Shown here in pieces: positions 1 to 19,345 of a DNA stretch of 64,000 nt. This stretch comes from the human T2T-CHM13v2.0 reference genome, Homo sapiens, in the NCBI RefSeq assembly GCF_009914755.1, contig NC_060926.1. One strand, given 5' to 3'. A program made the position numbers and the translations under genes. The notes below the pieces were generated by a model. The model was not told the DNA's origin, searched no databases, and saw only the letters and a list, made by a program, of their open reading frames with translations. Every line of letters starts with the position of its first letter. The stretch's first letter is position 1.

Positions 1-2012
1 ACAGTCACTAACTCCACACCCACATTCAGTAGAGAGCACTGAAGGAAAGCCTTATCTGCACTTTCGAAGCTGATACGACAGATTTTAAGGTCTATCACTG
101 AGCATCTGTGGACTCAGAGATAGAGAATGTCCTGAAAAATAGTAATAAGGTCCATGATAGAAGGAAATAACATGAGCTAAAATACACATAAAGGATTTAG
201 AAGAGTTCTGCGAATGTGGAAAGTCCTTAAGAAAAGTGAGCTTTTATTATTATTTTTTGTAGGAAAAAAGCGACTTGGACCCACAAAACAGCAACAATGG
301 AAACTGGACAGCTGAAAAATATGTAGAACCATTGGCAACTTAGAAATTTAGACCCCCAAATCACCAAAGAATATTTTATTTTTTCAACAGAACAAATTCC
401 TTAGTAGATAGGGGCACTTGTAATACACTTGAAGACTTTCTTGTGGTTGATTTCATGTGTGGGTTAACTCTAAAGTAATCTGCATATACAGATTATTCCT
501 TAGTTTTAAATTTGTCATCTTTATAAAGTTCCAACCTAAAACCCTTCCAGGTATTATTACACCCGAGAGTATACGGATCTACCTTAGCTGTTAAAGTCTG
601 AGGGCCCACCCAGAGCGGGCAGATCAGATAAGCACGTCACCCCACAGGAAGCTGCTTTCAGTTGTTTGCTGGGGCATGCCTTGGTATCAGTCACAGATGT
701 TACTCAAAGATGAGACCCCTTCAGCCCTTATTCAAAGCCCTTTTACTCTTCTTTGTTCCAATTCTGTAATAAACATTTATCGAATTTTAGATACTGACAA
801 GGCCAGGAATATATGTCTGGCCAGCCACAGCCAGGTAAACATCATACGCAAACTAAAAGACAAATGCAGTCAGGGGAGCTGTGAACACGTTCAAGCCCCT
901 GAACTATGACCTGTGCTTTGAGTTCTGTGTGAGACTGAAAAAGACAAACAGAAGAGTTGCCTGTTAGAGATAGTTTTGTTTTTCTGGTTTTAAAGATATA
1001 ATCCTTAGATTTGTAAATCATTCTTGGTAAGGGGGAGACACTGCTTTCCAGTTGTCTACCATTTCACTTACCTGAACTTTTTGAATGCACAGTCCTATAC
1101 ATTCTTTGTCAGTACATTGATTTTAAAGTCGTTTTATAAAAGTTAATGACTCACGGGGCCATCTGTGCAACTTAAACACAATGGCAACCTATGCAGGTGG
1201 TTGCTGTGTGTCATATACTGTGCCTGCTGTGTATATTTCTTCTAATTAGTCATACATCCTGAATCAGTTAAGGATGACTGTGGTGAGAAATACAAATCAT
1301 ACCAGGACTGCTTTTAGCCTGACCTATGGTGAACTTGAATGAGTAAAGTACTCCCTGGAGAGAAAATTGCTCACTGTATAGGTAGGCGTACTCCTTTCTT
1401 TCAAGGCAACAGGATACATTTAACAACAAGGAAAAAGGAGTTTATCAAATATATCCTGAGTAAGACCCTTTGGTGGCGGGTTGTTTTTCAGGCTCAATTT
1501 CTTGGCTTCTCAGATCTATCCTTTAGAAAAAAAAAAAAAAGAGTAGTCCAAAAGCTGAAATTCATCAAGAAACATATCCTGTTCATGAAGGAGTCCTAGT
1601 GGAGGATGGAAACAACTTTAATTTAGGTTCTAGTAAGCAGTCTGGGATGATTTTCAGATAAACCATGAAGCCATCAACTTGTATTTAATTTGCTGTCATA
1701 AAATTTAATTACTCTCAAGCAAAACAAGTTCTAATTAGATGTGATATGAAAAAATTAAAACACAGCATATTAACAAGTGAAACTGATCTCTAGATAATAA
1801 AAGTGAGAGAAAGTACATATTGAACTTAAGGAGTGGTCTGGAAAGAGTACCAACAACTAAACGAGGAAAATTTAGTGTGGTCGTGGTAGGAGGAAAGGTA
1901 GCCAAAGGAAAGAATCCTGTGTTAATGAGCCTCTGGTCAGTGACTGAGACTGTAGAAAAGAGTAAAAAATAAAATGAAAAAAGTCAAAGGAATTCTAGGT
2001 TGTCTGCACTCA

Positions 2013-2085
2013 CCTCATTATACAACAGATGAAGAAACTGAGGCCTCTCATGGCAAAGTGACTTGTTCAAGGACACAAAGCAAGA
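2013..2085 (-). mobile_element. MIR SINE core fragment
   Basis: 'acagatgaagaaactgaggc...aagtgacttgttcaaggacaca' resembles the reverse-oriented MIR core. Confidence 0.6.
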
Positions 2086-2456
2086 CAATGTTATTACTAA
2101 GGCATATGTGTGTCCTCTTCTTCATTGTTAGGTAATGTATGCTAAAGTATAGTGGGCACTGTCTTCATATTTGGATGTGAAGAGAGGCAGTTTCTAGTAG
2201 TATTTAAGATGATAGGTAGACTACCAATAAAATAATTTGCTAAATATACATGATACTCATTTAAAATAGATTCCTTCTACCAGTAATGTCACAACTGGTA
2301 GTGTATGGAGGGTTTTGTCCATGTAATCCAAATTTGTGGCAAATTTTAGAAATTTTTCTTGGGAAAGGATATTTAATAAGAAAGTGATACAAACTTGAAA
2401 TATAGCTTTAACAATCAATAAATTATCTAAGTACTTTTAAATGGACTGGAAGACCG

Positions 2457-5270
<2,814 letters not shown>

Positions 5271-5659
5271 GTGTTGGGGGAAGAGGTTCATATTGGGGTG
5301 TTGAGTTTCATATGTTTGCAGGACAAATAATGAGATTAGGTGTTCCACAATGCCCTGAATCATAGGGCTGGCCATTTTGATCTTGCCAATAGTTTCAAAG
5401 TAATTTTTTTAAAGTAATTTTTTTTAGAGGTAGAGGGGTGGAAATTGTTTCAACAGGTATGTACTACTGTATTTTAAGATGGAATGAAGTGGGAAACACT
5501 ATTTTACTTTAATCTTAGAGGATATTAATATCACAAAAGTAATATATTTTTAATACTCACCTTACATTTCTTCAGGTTTCCAGTTCCACAGATGACCAAT
5601 TAGTAACCAGGGATCAGTTGAAAGAAGAAAAATCTTGATGTTTTCTACATTGGGAAATA

Positions 5660-6001
5660 CAATTATGTATCACTTCATGATGGATATATACTCTGAGAAA
5701 TGCATCATTAGGCAATTTTGTCCTTGCGAGCATTACAGAGTGCACTTACACAAACCTAGATGGTACAGCCTACTATACACCCAGGTTATATTGTACAGTC
5801 TATTGCTCCTAGGTCGCAAACCTATATAGCATGTTACTGTACTGAATACTGCATTCAGTTGTGATACAATGGTATTTGTGTATCTAAACATATCTAAACA
5901 TAGAAAAGGTACATTAAAAATTCAGTATCATAATCTTATGGGACCACCAGTACACATGTGGTTCATCACTAACTGAAACGGTGTTATGCAGCACTTTACT
6001 A
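5660..6001 (+). mobile_element. Tigger3a-like (MER7A/Golem) non-autonomous DNA transposon
   Basis: ~340 bp with 'ctgagaaatgcatcattaggcaatttt...cttacacaaacctagatggtacagcctac...taatcttatgggaccacc'; TA at both ends. Confidence 0.8.
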
Positions 6002-7017
6002 TACTAAACATAGAGTCTTTAGGATTTTCCATGCTAAAATCTTTCTGAAATGATACATTCTCAGCACATTCAATTGTTCAGGGACAGACCATCTAGTTTG
6101 TAAATTCTGCATTTCTTTAGCTTTCCTCATTATCCTCTCTGCCAGTCTATCATTAGATGGAAAAAGATTATTTTTACAGGGTGAAAAGAAAAAACACAGA
6201 GCATCAAAAGTATTACCCAAAATGGGCTTCTTGAATTATCTGCAGATCTGATTTTTGTATGCTATTTTTCCCACTTAATGCACTGTCACTTGGCCATATC
6301 TGGGCATATTTCAGATGCCTAGAATTGAGATTGTTAGCAGAAAGCAGTCCTGCAAGCAGATTGTTCATGGTTCAGAATCTCCTGTCCTTTCTTCACTCTG
6401 ACCAAGTCACACTTGCTGATGGCCTTGGGTTTATAAGGCATCCTTAAAGATCCACTTAACTTTGTGCTCAGAACTGATGCTGACTTCAAGTGTGATCTGG
6501 TCATCAGGTTGCCGGTATCCAATATGAGACTTTACCAACTTAGAGGCGGATGAATCATCAGTACCATTTCTTCCCACACCTGAATCCTGCTTAGAGGCCT
6601 TGGCCTCAAATACGCCTTTTATAATCTCTTACAGGAGAAAATTAGCAGCAAAGTCTTAGGCCATTTAATGAACTTGTAACATGTTTGAGAGCAAGGGAAA
6701 CAAAGAGGTTTTTACAAAAGTTGGGCCAATCTGTAAACACAGTACTGATCAAATTCCAGCAAACCTAAACTAGAGGGCACACATACTAAATATCCTACAG
6801 TTTCAGTTTTCTTAATAACCAGCAACAGAGTGTTGCGTTCATAACACAACACAATTCTTTCACTTTCCATCATTCTCTTTATTTCTGCATATACTCTATG
6901 TCAGTCTTTCAAACACACTATTCTTCAATAGCTTGTGCTAATCTGCTCTCATATCACTTTCTCAACATCTTACCAGACCACTGAGCACACACTAATGCCA
7001 CTGGAACGTTTTCTATA

Positions 7018-7062
7018 GTGTGAGTGTGTATGTGTTTGTGTGTGAGTGTGAGTGGGTGTGCA
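7018..7062. repeat. Imperfect (TG)n microsatellite
   Basis: gtgtgagtgtgtatgtgtttgtgtgtgagtgtgagtgggtgtgca. Confidence 0.8.
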
Positions 7063-7534
7063 TGTCAGGAGGGAGTAATTTCTTTCATAGGCCAACATAA
7101 ATGAAAGGCTCTTACTAGCTTTGTGGAGACAATTTCAGCTCTTTTGGTCAAAGGAAAGGGAATTTACTAGGATAAGGGCCCCATGTCCATGTAAAATGAC
7201 ACACTAACTTCCCAACCAAGTCAGACAAGAAAATTTACAATGAAGGGTGAGCTTCTTATAGCCAGGTAGCCATTGTGGCCCACATGAAAGGCTGGCTGTT
7301 CTTTCCCTCTATAGAGAGCATGGGCTAAGAAAGTCGGCAAGTCGGGTGTCTTGTGAATCACCTCTACAATGGCATGGGGTCTGGGTACGCAGGGGACAGG
7401 AGGGTAAAGGAGGTGAATGAATGAGAAGGGTACATGGTCATGCCTCTGTTTCATGAGTCTTTCTTTGCTTTGATAGCTTGTGTCATGTGTGAAAGGGGCG
7501 GTAAAATTTAGGTTTTTTTAAAAAGTCTGATAGC

Positions 7535-7960
7535 TGTGAGTTTTCTGGGGCTGCTATAACAGAGTACCACAAACTTGGGGGCTTAGAACAACAGAAATGT
7601 ATTATCTCAAAATTCTGGAGGCCGGAAGTCTGATATCAAGATGTTGGCAAGGCCATGCTCCTTTCAAGGGCATTAGGGAAGGTTCTTTTCCAGGCCCCTC
7701 TCCTAGCTTCTGAGAGCTCCTTGCCTTATGGCAGTATAATTCCAATCTTCACATGATATTCCTGTGTGCATGTCTCTGTGTCCAAATTTCCCCTTTATAT
7801 AAAGGCATGAGTCATATTGGTTAAGGGGACTACAGTACTCCATTATAGCTTCATCTTAACTGTATCTTCAACAACGCTATTTCCAAATAAGATCACATTC
7901 TGAGGTACTGGGGATTAGAACTCCAGTGTGTGAATTTTTACACAGTTCAATTCATAAGAA
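7535..7960 (-). mobile_element. MaLR solo LTR (MLT1B/C-like)
   Basis: 'gggctgctataacagagtaccacaaact...aacaacagaaatgtatt...ctatttccaaataagatcacattctgaggtactggg' is the reverse complement of an MLT1 LTR. Confidence 0.8.
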
Positions 7961-8561
7961 CATCAAACTGTATACAGACACTTGGCAATTATCCTGAAAA
8001 GAGCAGTTCTTTGAGTTGATACGTCTCTGTGCTAGAAGCCTTTCTTTTTGATCTGTGAAGTAATTAAACCAGTGTTCTGGCCAGGATATGTTGAAATCAT
8101 AACAATGGCATGAATTTGGGCTGGATATAATTGTACATTTTTTTAGGTAAAATTACAATATTTATGTTAAAATAATATGAAATATTTGCAGAACAAAAGC
8201 TTTAATATGTGTGATCCATTTTCCTTTGAATTCAAAATATACCTGCAGATGGAAATACACAAAGGTATTAAAAGCAGTTATTACAGGTGGGAAGGAATAG
8301 AAAGTCTTTCTTTTCTTCCCTTTCTGATTTTCAAATTGTATAGCTAGCAGGATTTTTTTTTTAATACTTTAAGTTCTAGGGTACATGTGCACAACGTGCA
8401 GGTTTGATACATAGGTATACATGTGCCATGTTGGTTTGCTGCACCTATCAGTCATTTACATTAGGTATTTCTCCTAATGCTATCCCTCCCCCAGGCCTCC
8501 ACCCCCCCGAAAAGCCCCAGTGTGTGATGTTCCCCACACTGTGTCCAAGTAATCTCATTGT

Positions 8562-12378
<3,817 letters not shown>

Positions 12379-12441
12379 TATGATGTTAGCTGGTTATTTT
12401 GACCATTAGTTGATGCAGTTTTTTCATAGCATGGATGGTCT

Positions 12442-13465
12442 TTATAATTTGGCATGTTTTTGCAGCAACTGGTACTGGTTGTTCCTTTCTATGTTTAGTG
12501 CTTCCTTCAGGAGCTCTTATAAGGCAGGCCTGGTGGTGACAAAATCTCTCAGCATTTGCTTGTCTGTAAAAAATTGTATTTCTCCTTCACTTATGAAGCT
12601 TAGTTTGGCCAGATATGAAATTCTGGGTTGAAAATTCTTTTCTTCAAAAATGTTGAATATTGGCCGCCACTCTCTTCTAACTTGTAGGGTTTCTGCAGAT
12701 AGATCTGCTGTTAGTCTGATGGGCTTTGCTTTGTGGGTAACTCGACCTTTCTCTCTGGCTGCCCTTAACACTTTTTCCTTCATTTCAACCTCGGTGAATC
12801 TGATAATTATGTGTCTTGGGGTTACTTCTCTTGAGGAGTATCTTTATGGTGTTGTCTGTATTTCCTGAATTTGAATGTTGGCCTGCCTTGCTAGATTGGG
12901 GAAGTTCTCCTGGATAATATCCTGAAGGGTGTTTTCCACCTTGGTTCCATTCTTCACATCACTTTCAGGTACACCAATCGAACATAGATTTGGTCTTTTC
13001 ACATAATCCCATATTTCTTGGAAGCTTTGTTGATTTCTTTTTACTCTTTTTTCTCTAACCTTGTCTTCTTGCTTTATTTCATTAATTTGATCTTCAATCA
13101 CTGATACCCTTTCTTCCACTTGATCAAATAGGCTATTGAAGCTTGTGCATGTGTCACCAAGTTCTCGTGCCATGGTTTCAGATCCATCAGGTCATTTAAG
13201 GTCTTCTGTACACTGTTTATTCTAGTTAGCCATTCATCTAACCTTTTCCAAGATTTTTAGCTTCCTTGCAATGGGCTGGGACATGCTCCTTTAGCTCAGA
13301 GAAGTTTGTTATTACCGACCTTCTGAAGCCTACTTCTGTCAACTCATCAAAGTCATTCTCTGTCCAGCTTCGTTCCGTTGCTGACGAGGAGCTACGATCC
13401 TTTGGAGTAGAAGAGGTGCTCTGATTTTTAGAATTTTCAGCTTTTCTGCTCTGATTTCTCCCCAT
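12442..13465 (-). pseudogene. Disrupted L1 ORF1p (coiled-coil RNA-binding protein)
   Basis: MGRNQSRKAENSKNQS..., EIWDYVKRPNL, ENFPNLARQANIQIQEIQ, AAREKG, PRISYLAKLSF found in three separate ORF pieces. Confidence 0.93.
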
Positions 13466-14061
13466 CTTTGTGGTTTTATCTACCTTTGGTCTTTGATGTT
13501 GGTGACCTACAGTGGGGTTTTGGTGTAGATGTCCTTTTTATTGATGTTGATGCTATTCCTTTCTGTTTGTTAGTTTTCCTTTTAACAGTCATGTCCCTCA
13601 GCTGCAGGTCTATTGGAGTTTGCTGGAGGTCCACTCCAGACCCTGTTTGCCTGGGTGTCACCAGCAGAGGCTGCAGAACAGCAAATATTGCAGAATAGCA
13701 AATATTGCTGCCTGATCCTTCTCCAGAATCTTCATCCCAGAGGGGCACCTGCCTATATGAGGTGTCTGTTGGCTCCTACTGGGAGGTGTCTCCCAGTTAG
13801 GCTACACAGGGGTCAGGGACCCACTTGAAGAGGCAGTCTGTCTGTTCTCAGAGCTCAAACGCCATGCTGGGAGAACCACCACTCTCTTCAGAGCTGTCGG
13901 ACAGGGACGTTTAAGTCCGTAGAAGTTGTCTGCTGCCTTTTGTTCACCTAAGCCCTGCCCACAGAGGTGGAGTCTAGTGGCAGTAGGCCTTGCTGAGCTG
14001 CGGTGGGCTCCGCCCAGTTCGAGCTCCCCAGCAGCTTTGTTTACTTATTCAAGCCTCAGTA

Positions 14062-14392
14062 ATGGCAGACACCCCTCCCCCATCCAGGCTGCCACCTCGT
14101 ATTTTGATCTCAAGACTGCTGTGCTAGCAGTGAGCAAGGCTCTGTGGGCGTGGGACCTGCCAAGTCAGGCATGGGAGAGAATCTCCTTGTCTGCTGGTTG
14201 TTAAGACCTTGGGAAAAGCACAGTATTTGGGTGGGAGTGTCCCATTTTTCCAGGTACAGTCTGTCACAACTTCCCTTGGCTAGGAAAGGGAAATCCCCCA
14301 ATCCCTTGCACTTTCCAGGTGAGGTGATGTCCCACCCTGCTTTGGCTCACCCTCCATGGGCTGCACCCACTGACCAACTGGTCTCAATGTGA
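14062..14392 (+). pseudogene. L1 antisense ORF0 remnant (frameshifted)
   Basis: ATG 14062 reads MADTPPPSRLPPRILIS (cf. ORF0 MAGAPPPASLPPCSLIS); extra A near 14112 gives a stop at 14125-14127; homology resumes in ORF 14144-14392 (GVGP...EKHSIWVGVSHFSR). Confidence 0.75.
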
Positions 14393-14481
14393 TGAACCAG
14401 GTACCTCAGTTGGAAATGCAGAAATCACCTGTCTTCTGCGTCAATCACGCTGGGAGCTGCAGACTGGAGCTGTTCCTATTT

Positions 14482-14491
14482 GGCCATCTTG
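14482..14491 (-). promoter_or_regulatory. YY1 site of the L1 internal promoter
   Basis: Minus strand CAAGATGGCC at the canonical L1 5' position. Confidence 0.85.
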
Positions 14492-16335
14492 GAACAGATC
14501 TCAATTGTATATCTCTTCAAAAGGTAAATTGTCTCTTTAGAAATAACCCATTTGTTTATCAAAATGTTCATCTTCTTACTTCGATGAGACTACCATTTCC
14601 TTTAGTGTACTTCCAAAATGCCTCCTGAATAATTCTGCATCCTCATTTTCCAACTTGGTGAAAATGCTTGAGGAGCAGTCAATTAGAAGCAATGGGGCAT
14701 ATGGTGATTTTATGATCAGTAAACTATGTAGAATGGGATTCTCTTATTTTTTTCCCTGATGCTTTGGTCCTTGCTGAAACTCTGCATTTCTTAAAACTTG
14801 AGGAGAAACAATAATTTTAGTTGTTTGGTGTAAGACAGATAGCATTTCAGAATTAATTCTGCAGTGAATTAGAAGTTCTAGAGTGGCTAATACATCTAGT
14901 GGACTCCAGATCTCTGATTCTATACTAAGTTTTAATAGTTCCATGTTAACTTTATTCTAAAAATGAATCCATCAAAGGTTTCCCATTGTGAACATGCTTA
15001 TTGTTAATTAACAATAGAATGTAACATACAATAAAGAAGAAGTATGGGCTTGGCAAAAGCATTCAACTGTTACTTTTTAAAGAAACTAGAGTCTGAATAG
15101 GAAGTGAATCATACTTTTTGTTTTTTTAAACTTCACAACAAACCCAGAATTCTTATTTTACTTCACTGAGAGAAAGTCTGAGAACCTTGATATTCTCCAG
15201 AGCACATAACAGATGCAGTGATAATTCTAAGCCTTAGACATTTGGCATAGTTGAGGTTTTATGACAAGGTATTCTGGCAGAAGAGAGAAGACCCTAATGA
15301 GCAAAGTAACCTTGTTAACCTTTAAAGTATTGTCCTTTTGGATCCCATGAGGTTTTTTAACAGATACATCATTTGTTTAGATCATTTCAGTTCTATGACT
15401 TGATATATTTCCAAAACTGGCTTCAAGGTCTTATTTATTTTATCCTCCAAATGAGCCTAGTAAAGTAGAAACATAACTGCATTGTTGAAAGTCATTTGTG
15501 GTTTGCAAGCTTCTTCTGTCTTCCTTCCCATAAAATACAATTTAGTACTTAAGCTTTTTCTTTCAATAATGTATGCTAAAGCATTGTCCATCGATGCCAC
15601 ATTTCCCTTTATATGTTACAAATAAGGGTGGCTGTGTGAAATAAGACGATATCTGATTACGTGGCCTGGAACTTCCTCTTTCCTAGTTTTTGCACAGCTA
15701 CAAGGCTGAGAGTTAAACAAAGGGAAGGGGACAGTAAGACCTAGTGAGAGCCAGACATGAAGCCTGCTGTGACAGTGGCTGCCCCAAGTTTGGAGGGACC
15801 TCAGGAGACCCACTTTATTCTAGGTCCAGGAGGAGACTGGCCTCTGCTTGCTTTAAATATAGACTTCATGGATGCAGCAAGGAGGGTCTGAAGTTTACAG
15901 GGAAAGGCAAGGATTTTGTAGCTCTTAGGAGCTTCGTTATTACCATCAGGTAGCTGCCAAGCTCAGCCCCCTTTTGCTTGGCAATCAGTCTGAGTACTCT
16001 TTCCCCTCCTGCCAACTTGCCCAAGGAAGGCCTGAGCCACATGCTACTAAGTAACAATTTGCCAAATATACTAATTTCCTTTTGGTTATTTGTCCTCTAG
16101 AAGCCCAGCATTTCTGAAATCACTAAAACTTCACTGTGTGGAAACTATCACACACACATTTATTTTTGCTTCTCTCTTCATTACAGGGATAGGAAAGTGC
16201 ATATATTAGGAGAGTTTTACCTCCATGGCATTTGCTGCTTTTACGCCATTATGTAGTGATAATAGTAGAGAATATAGGCGGAAGAAGAAAGCCCCCCTCC
16301 CACCAAAACAAACAACATTATTAAAAATTAGCCCT

Positions 16336-17013
16336 TGCAGAGAAAAAGAAGTGCTTATACACTGTTGGTGTGTAAATTAGTTCAACCATTGTGGAAAGCA
16401 GTGTGACGATTCCTCAAAGAGCTAAAAACAGAACCACGATTCAACCCAGCAATCCCATTCAACCCAGCAATCCATTCAACCCAGCAATCCCATTACCGGG
16501 TATATACCCCAAGGAATATAAATTGTTCTATCATAAAGACACATGCATACGTATGTTCACTGCAGCACTATTCACAATAGCAAAGACATAGAATCAACCT
16601 AAATGCCCATCAATGATAGACTAGATAAAGAAAATATGGTACATATACACCATGGAATACTATGCAGCCACAAAAGAGAAAGGGATCATGTCATTTGCAA
16701 GAACATGGCTGGAGCTAAAGGCCATTATCCTTAGGAAACTAACACAGGAACAGAAAACCAAATACTACCTCTTCTCACTTTTAAGTGGGAGCTAAGTGAT
16801 GAGTACACATGGACACAGAGAGAGGAACAATACACACTGGGTCTTCCTGGAGGGTGGAAGGTGAGAGGAGGGAGAGGATTAAGAAAAATAATTAATGGGT
16901 ACTAGGCTTAATATGTGGGTGACAAAATAATCTGTACGACAAACCTCCATGATGTGGGTTTACCTATATAACAAGTCTTCACATGTACTCCTGAACTTAA
17001 GAGTTAAAAAAAA
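16336..17013 (+). mobile_element. 5'-truncated LINE-1 3' end (L1PA15/16-like)
   Basis: ORF2 C-terminus (FNPAIPLPGIYPKEYKLFYHKDTCIRMFTAALFTIAKT); 3'UTR 'gggtactaggcttaata...aaataatctgtac...acatgtactcctgaacttaa' plus A tail. Confidence 0.88.
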
Positions 17014-18414
17014 AGATTAACCTTTACTGCATGCTGCCTCTGCACCAGACACTGAGTTAACCATTGCACGTGTATTATTTTAGTTAGCCCTCAAAACAGC
17101 TTGAAGAGGTTGGTTTGAGAGATTGGGTGTCTGACAGGTCACACAGTTTTGTATGCATGATCCATCAAACTTACCTTTATCCCATTCTTTAGAATGGGAT
17201 GGAAACCTACGACTGTCTATTACAGAGTGAAGCTCTTAATTGTGCTACATATTGGCTACCTTTCTTTCCCTGTCCCATTTAGTTTGTGATGGGAATAGAA
17301 CAGGAGCATAGGAAGAAAATGAATAGTTACAAATCAACTCAGTAGAGAGTAATTAGAATGTGTGTACTGTCTACTTATTGACTGTAAATTGTGATTTGCT
17401 AGCGTCCTGGGTTGTGAATGCTTGCTAGCAGGGTTCATCAGTACATAATTACCTAACATTGCTAAATGTGGCCAGGAGAGTCTGTCCTTTGATGAACCCA
17501 AGTGTGAGAGAGAGATCTTAGGTTTCTGGATTAAGATTCTTCCTGAGATTTGTAACCTCAAACATTTGGCCAGCTTCCTTACCGTGCATCCCCAGTCTGA
17601 ACCCCAAAGGATTCTTAGGCAGAATGGACTAGTTCATTAAGCATCTTTCCACTGGCTGTGGGTTTGAGTGCCTATGCTCTGTCCTAAAGCATCCACAACT
17701 GATTTCTACTCTTGAAGTCTGGGGGTTAGACATGAGCTGGTCCCGAACTCAGGTAGTGAACTCTGTCTGGCTTGAATCTTCCTATAGGAAGATTATAGGA
17801 ACCAGTCTAGGAACTGAGTGCTGTACAATGCAGAATTGATTGGCTACTATGTCACAACTAAAAAATGATATCTGGATGCCCTGAGATTATTTGGACCTGT
17901 GTTTTCCTTCAAAGAAAAGTAATTTTTATTTGCTTTTTAGAAATCCACTTTTGTTAAATAATAACAAGATATTTTTTAAAAATACAGACTATATAAAAAG
18001 AAAACTATAAACCATAGTTCCATTGCCCAAAGATCAACACTAACAGGTCTATTAACATCCAGTCTTTTTTCTAGTTTTATTAAAGAGAAGTGTGTGTATG
18101 CATGTGTTTACATTAAAAATTATTTGCACCTTATTAATTGGTCCTTAGTAATATTTGTTGAGTAAATGAAAAATTAACATTAGATTCTGACATTTTTTTC
18201 AGAGGAATTTTTAAATACACAATTACAGTGTTGTCCCCATAATGAGATACACATTTCATAATAAAATTATTTACTTTGAATCCAAATGCTATCGTGAGAG
18301 TAATTTGGCACCAACAATATCACATTATTAAAAGAATATTAATGTGGTCAGTTTAGTCAGGTGTGGTTTGTTTTTTAGGACTTCTCTGATGTGATGAATA
18401 TATTACGTGTTGAT

Positions 18415-18655
18415 GGTAATAATGATTGCTAACATATACTGAGTGCTTAGAATACATTAGCAATTAGGAAAATTTCTCATTGCTCTCCATTTATTAACTA
18501 ATTTAATATTCAAAACAGCCATAAGATTACCTGCAGGTTACACAGGAAGAAACTAAACTAGTTTTCTCCAGGTCACACAGTTAATGAGTAGCGGAACAGG
18601 GATATGAACCCAGGCAGTCTGGGTCCAAAGCCTTTGAGTATAGCTACCATACTAT
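18415..18655 (-). mobile_element. MIR SINE
   Basis: 'gctaacatatactgagtgctta...aggtcacacag...gggatatgaacccaggcagtctgggtccaaagcc'. Confidence 0.7.
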
Positions 18656-18769
18656 AACAGGACACTCTTCCAGGCATATTATACCATGATTTCCCTTTCT
18701 GGAATTTTTATGTTAGTTAATCATTAGTCAATTTGAGTATATTTTCACTAGGTATTACATTTAATATAC

Positions 18770-19345
18770 TTTTGAGAGCAAGTAACAGAAAATATTACTC
18801 AAACTGGCTTAAACCAGTGGTTCTCAAACTTTAGTCTGCATCAGAATCCCCTGAAGGGCATCTTAAAGCATGGATTGCTGAGCTAGCTCCACCCTGAGTT
18901 TCTGATTCTACATTTCTGGGATAGGGCTTTAGATTTTGTATTTGAACAGATTCCCAGGTGAGGCTGATGCTTCTGGTCTAGGACTATGCTTGGAGAAAAC
19001 TCACTGACCTTAGTCAAGATTTATGCCTTAGGCTGGCTTAATACAATTCTATGGCTCTATTCCTCTGCATCCCTCTTAGCTATTATCTCCTCTGTGTATC
19101 TTCCTAATCTTCAAACCATAGCAAGATGACTGCAGCCGTTTTAAGCCTTGAATCTATGCACAAAAGTATCCAACAAAGGAGAACCCAGTTATTTCAGCAA
19201 TTTTTGTAAGAACAAGGAAATTCCTTTATCAACGACTTTGAAAAATTTCTTTGGGTCTTGACCTACATTAGATCACCTCTCTGTTGAATAAATTCTAATG
19301 GACAGGAGAGCTCTGCTTGCTGATTGGCTTAGGCTTAGGTGGAAA
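18770..19345 (-). mobile_element. Very old MaLR LTR (MLT1K-O-like) interrupted by MER5A
   Basis: 'gcaagtaacagaaaa...actcaaactggcttaa' start and distal 'tgctgattggcttagg'; highly diverged. Confidence 0.45.
18815..19006. mobile_element. MER5A hAT-Charlie MITE
   Basis: Ends cagtggttctcaaa ... ggagaaaactcactg; internal 'tgcatcagaatcccctg' and 'ttcccaggtgaggctgatgc'. Confidence 0.8.

Noticed and set aside
1066-1260. Consensus minus-strand splice donor (cag|gtaagt near 1070) and a possible ~190-nt exon
   Set aside because: Weak acceptor, no convincing reading frame or partner exons; isolated donors are common by chance
6259-6535. Overlapping 62-aa ORFs on both strands in unique DNA
   Set aside because: Length within chance expectation; no motif recognised
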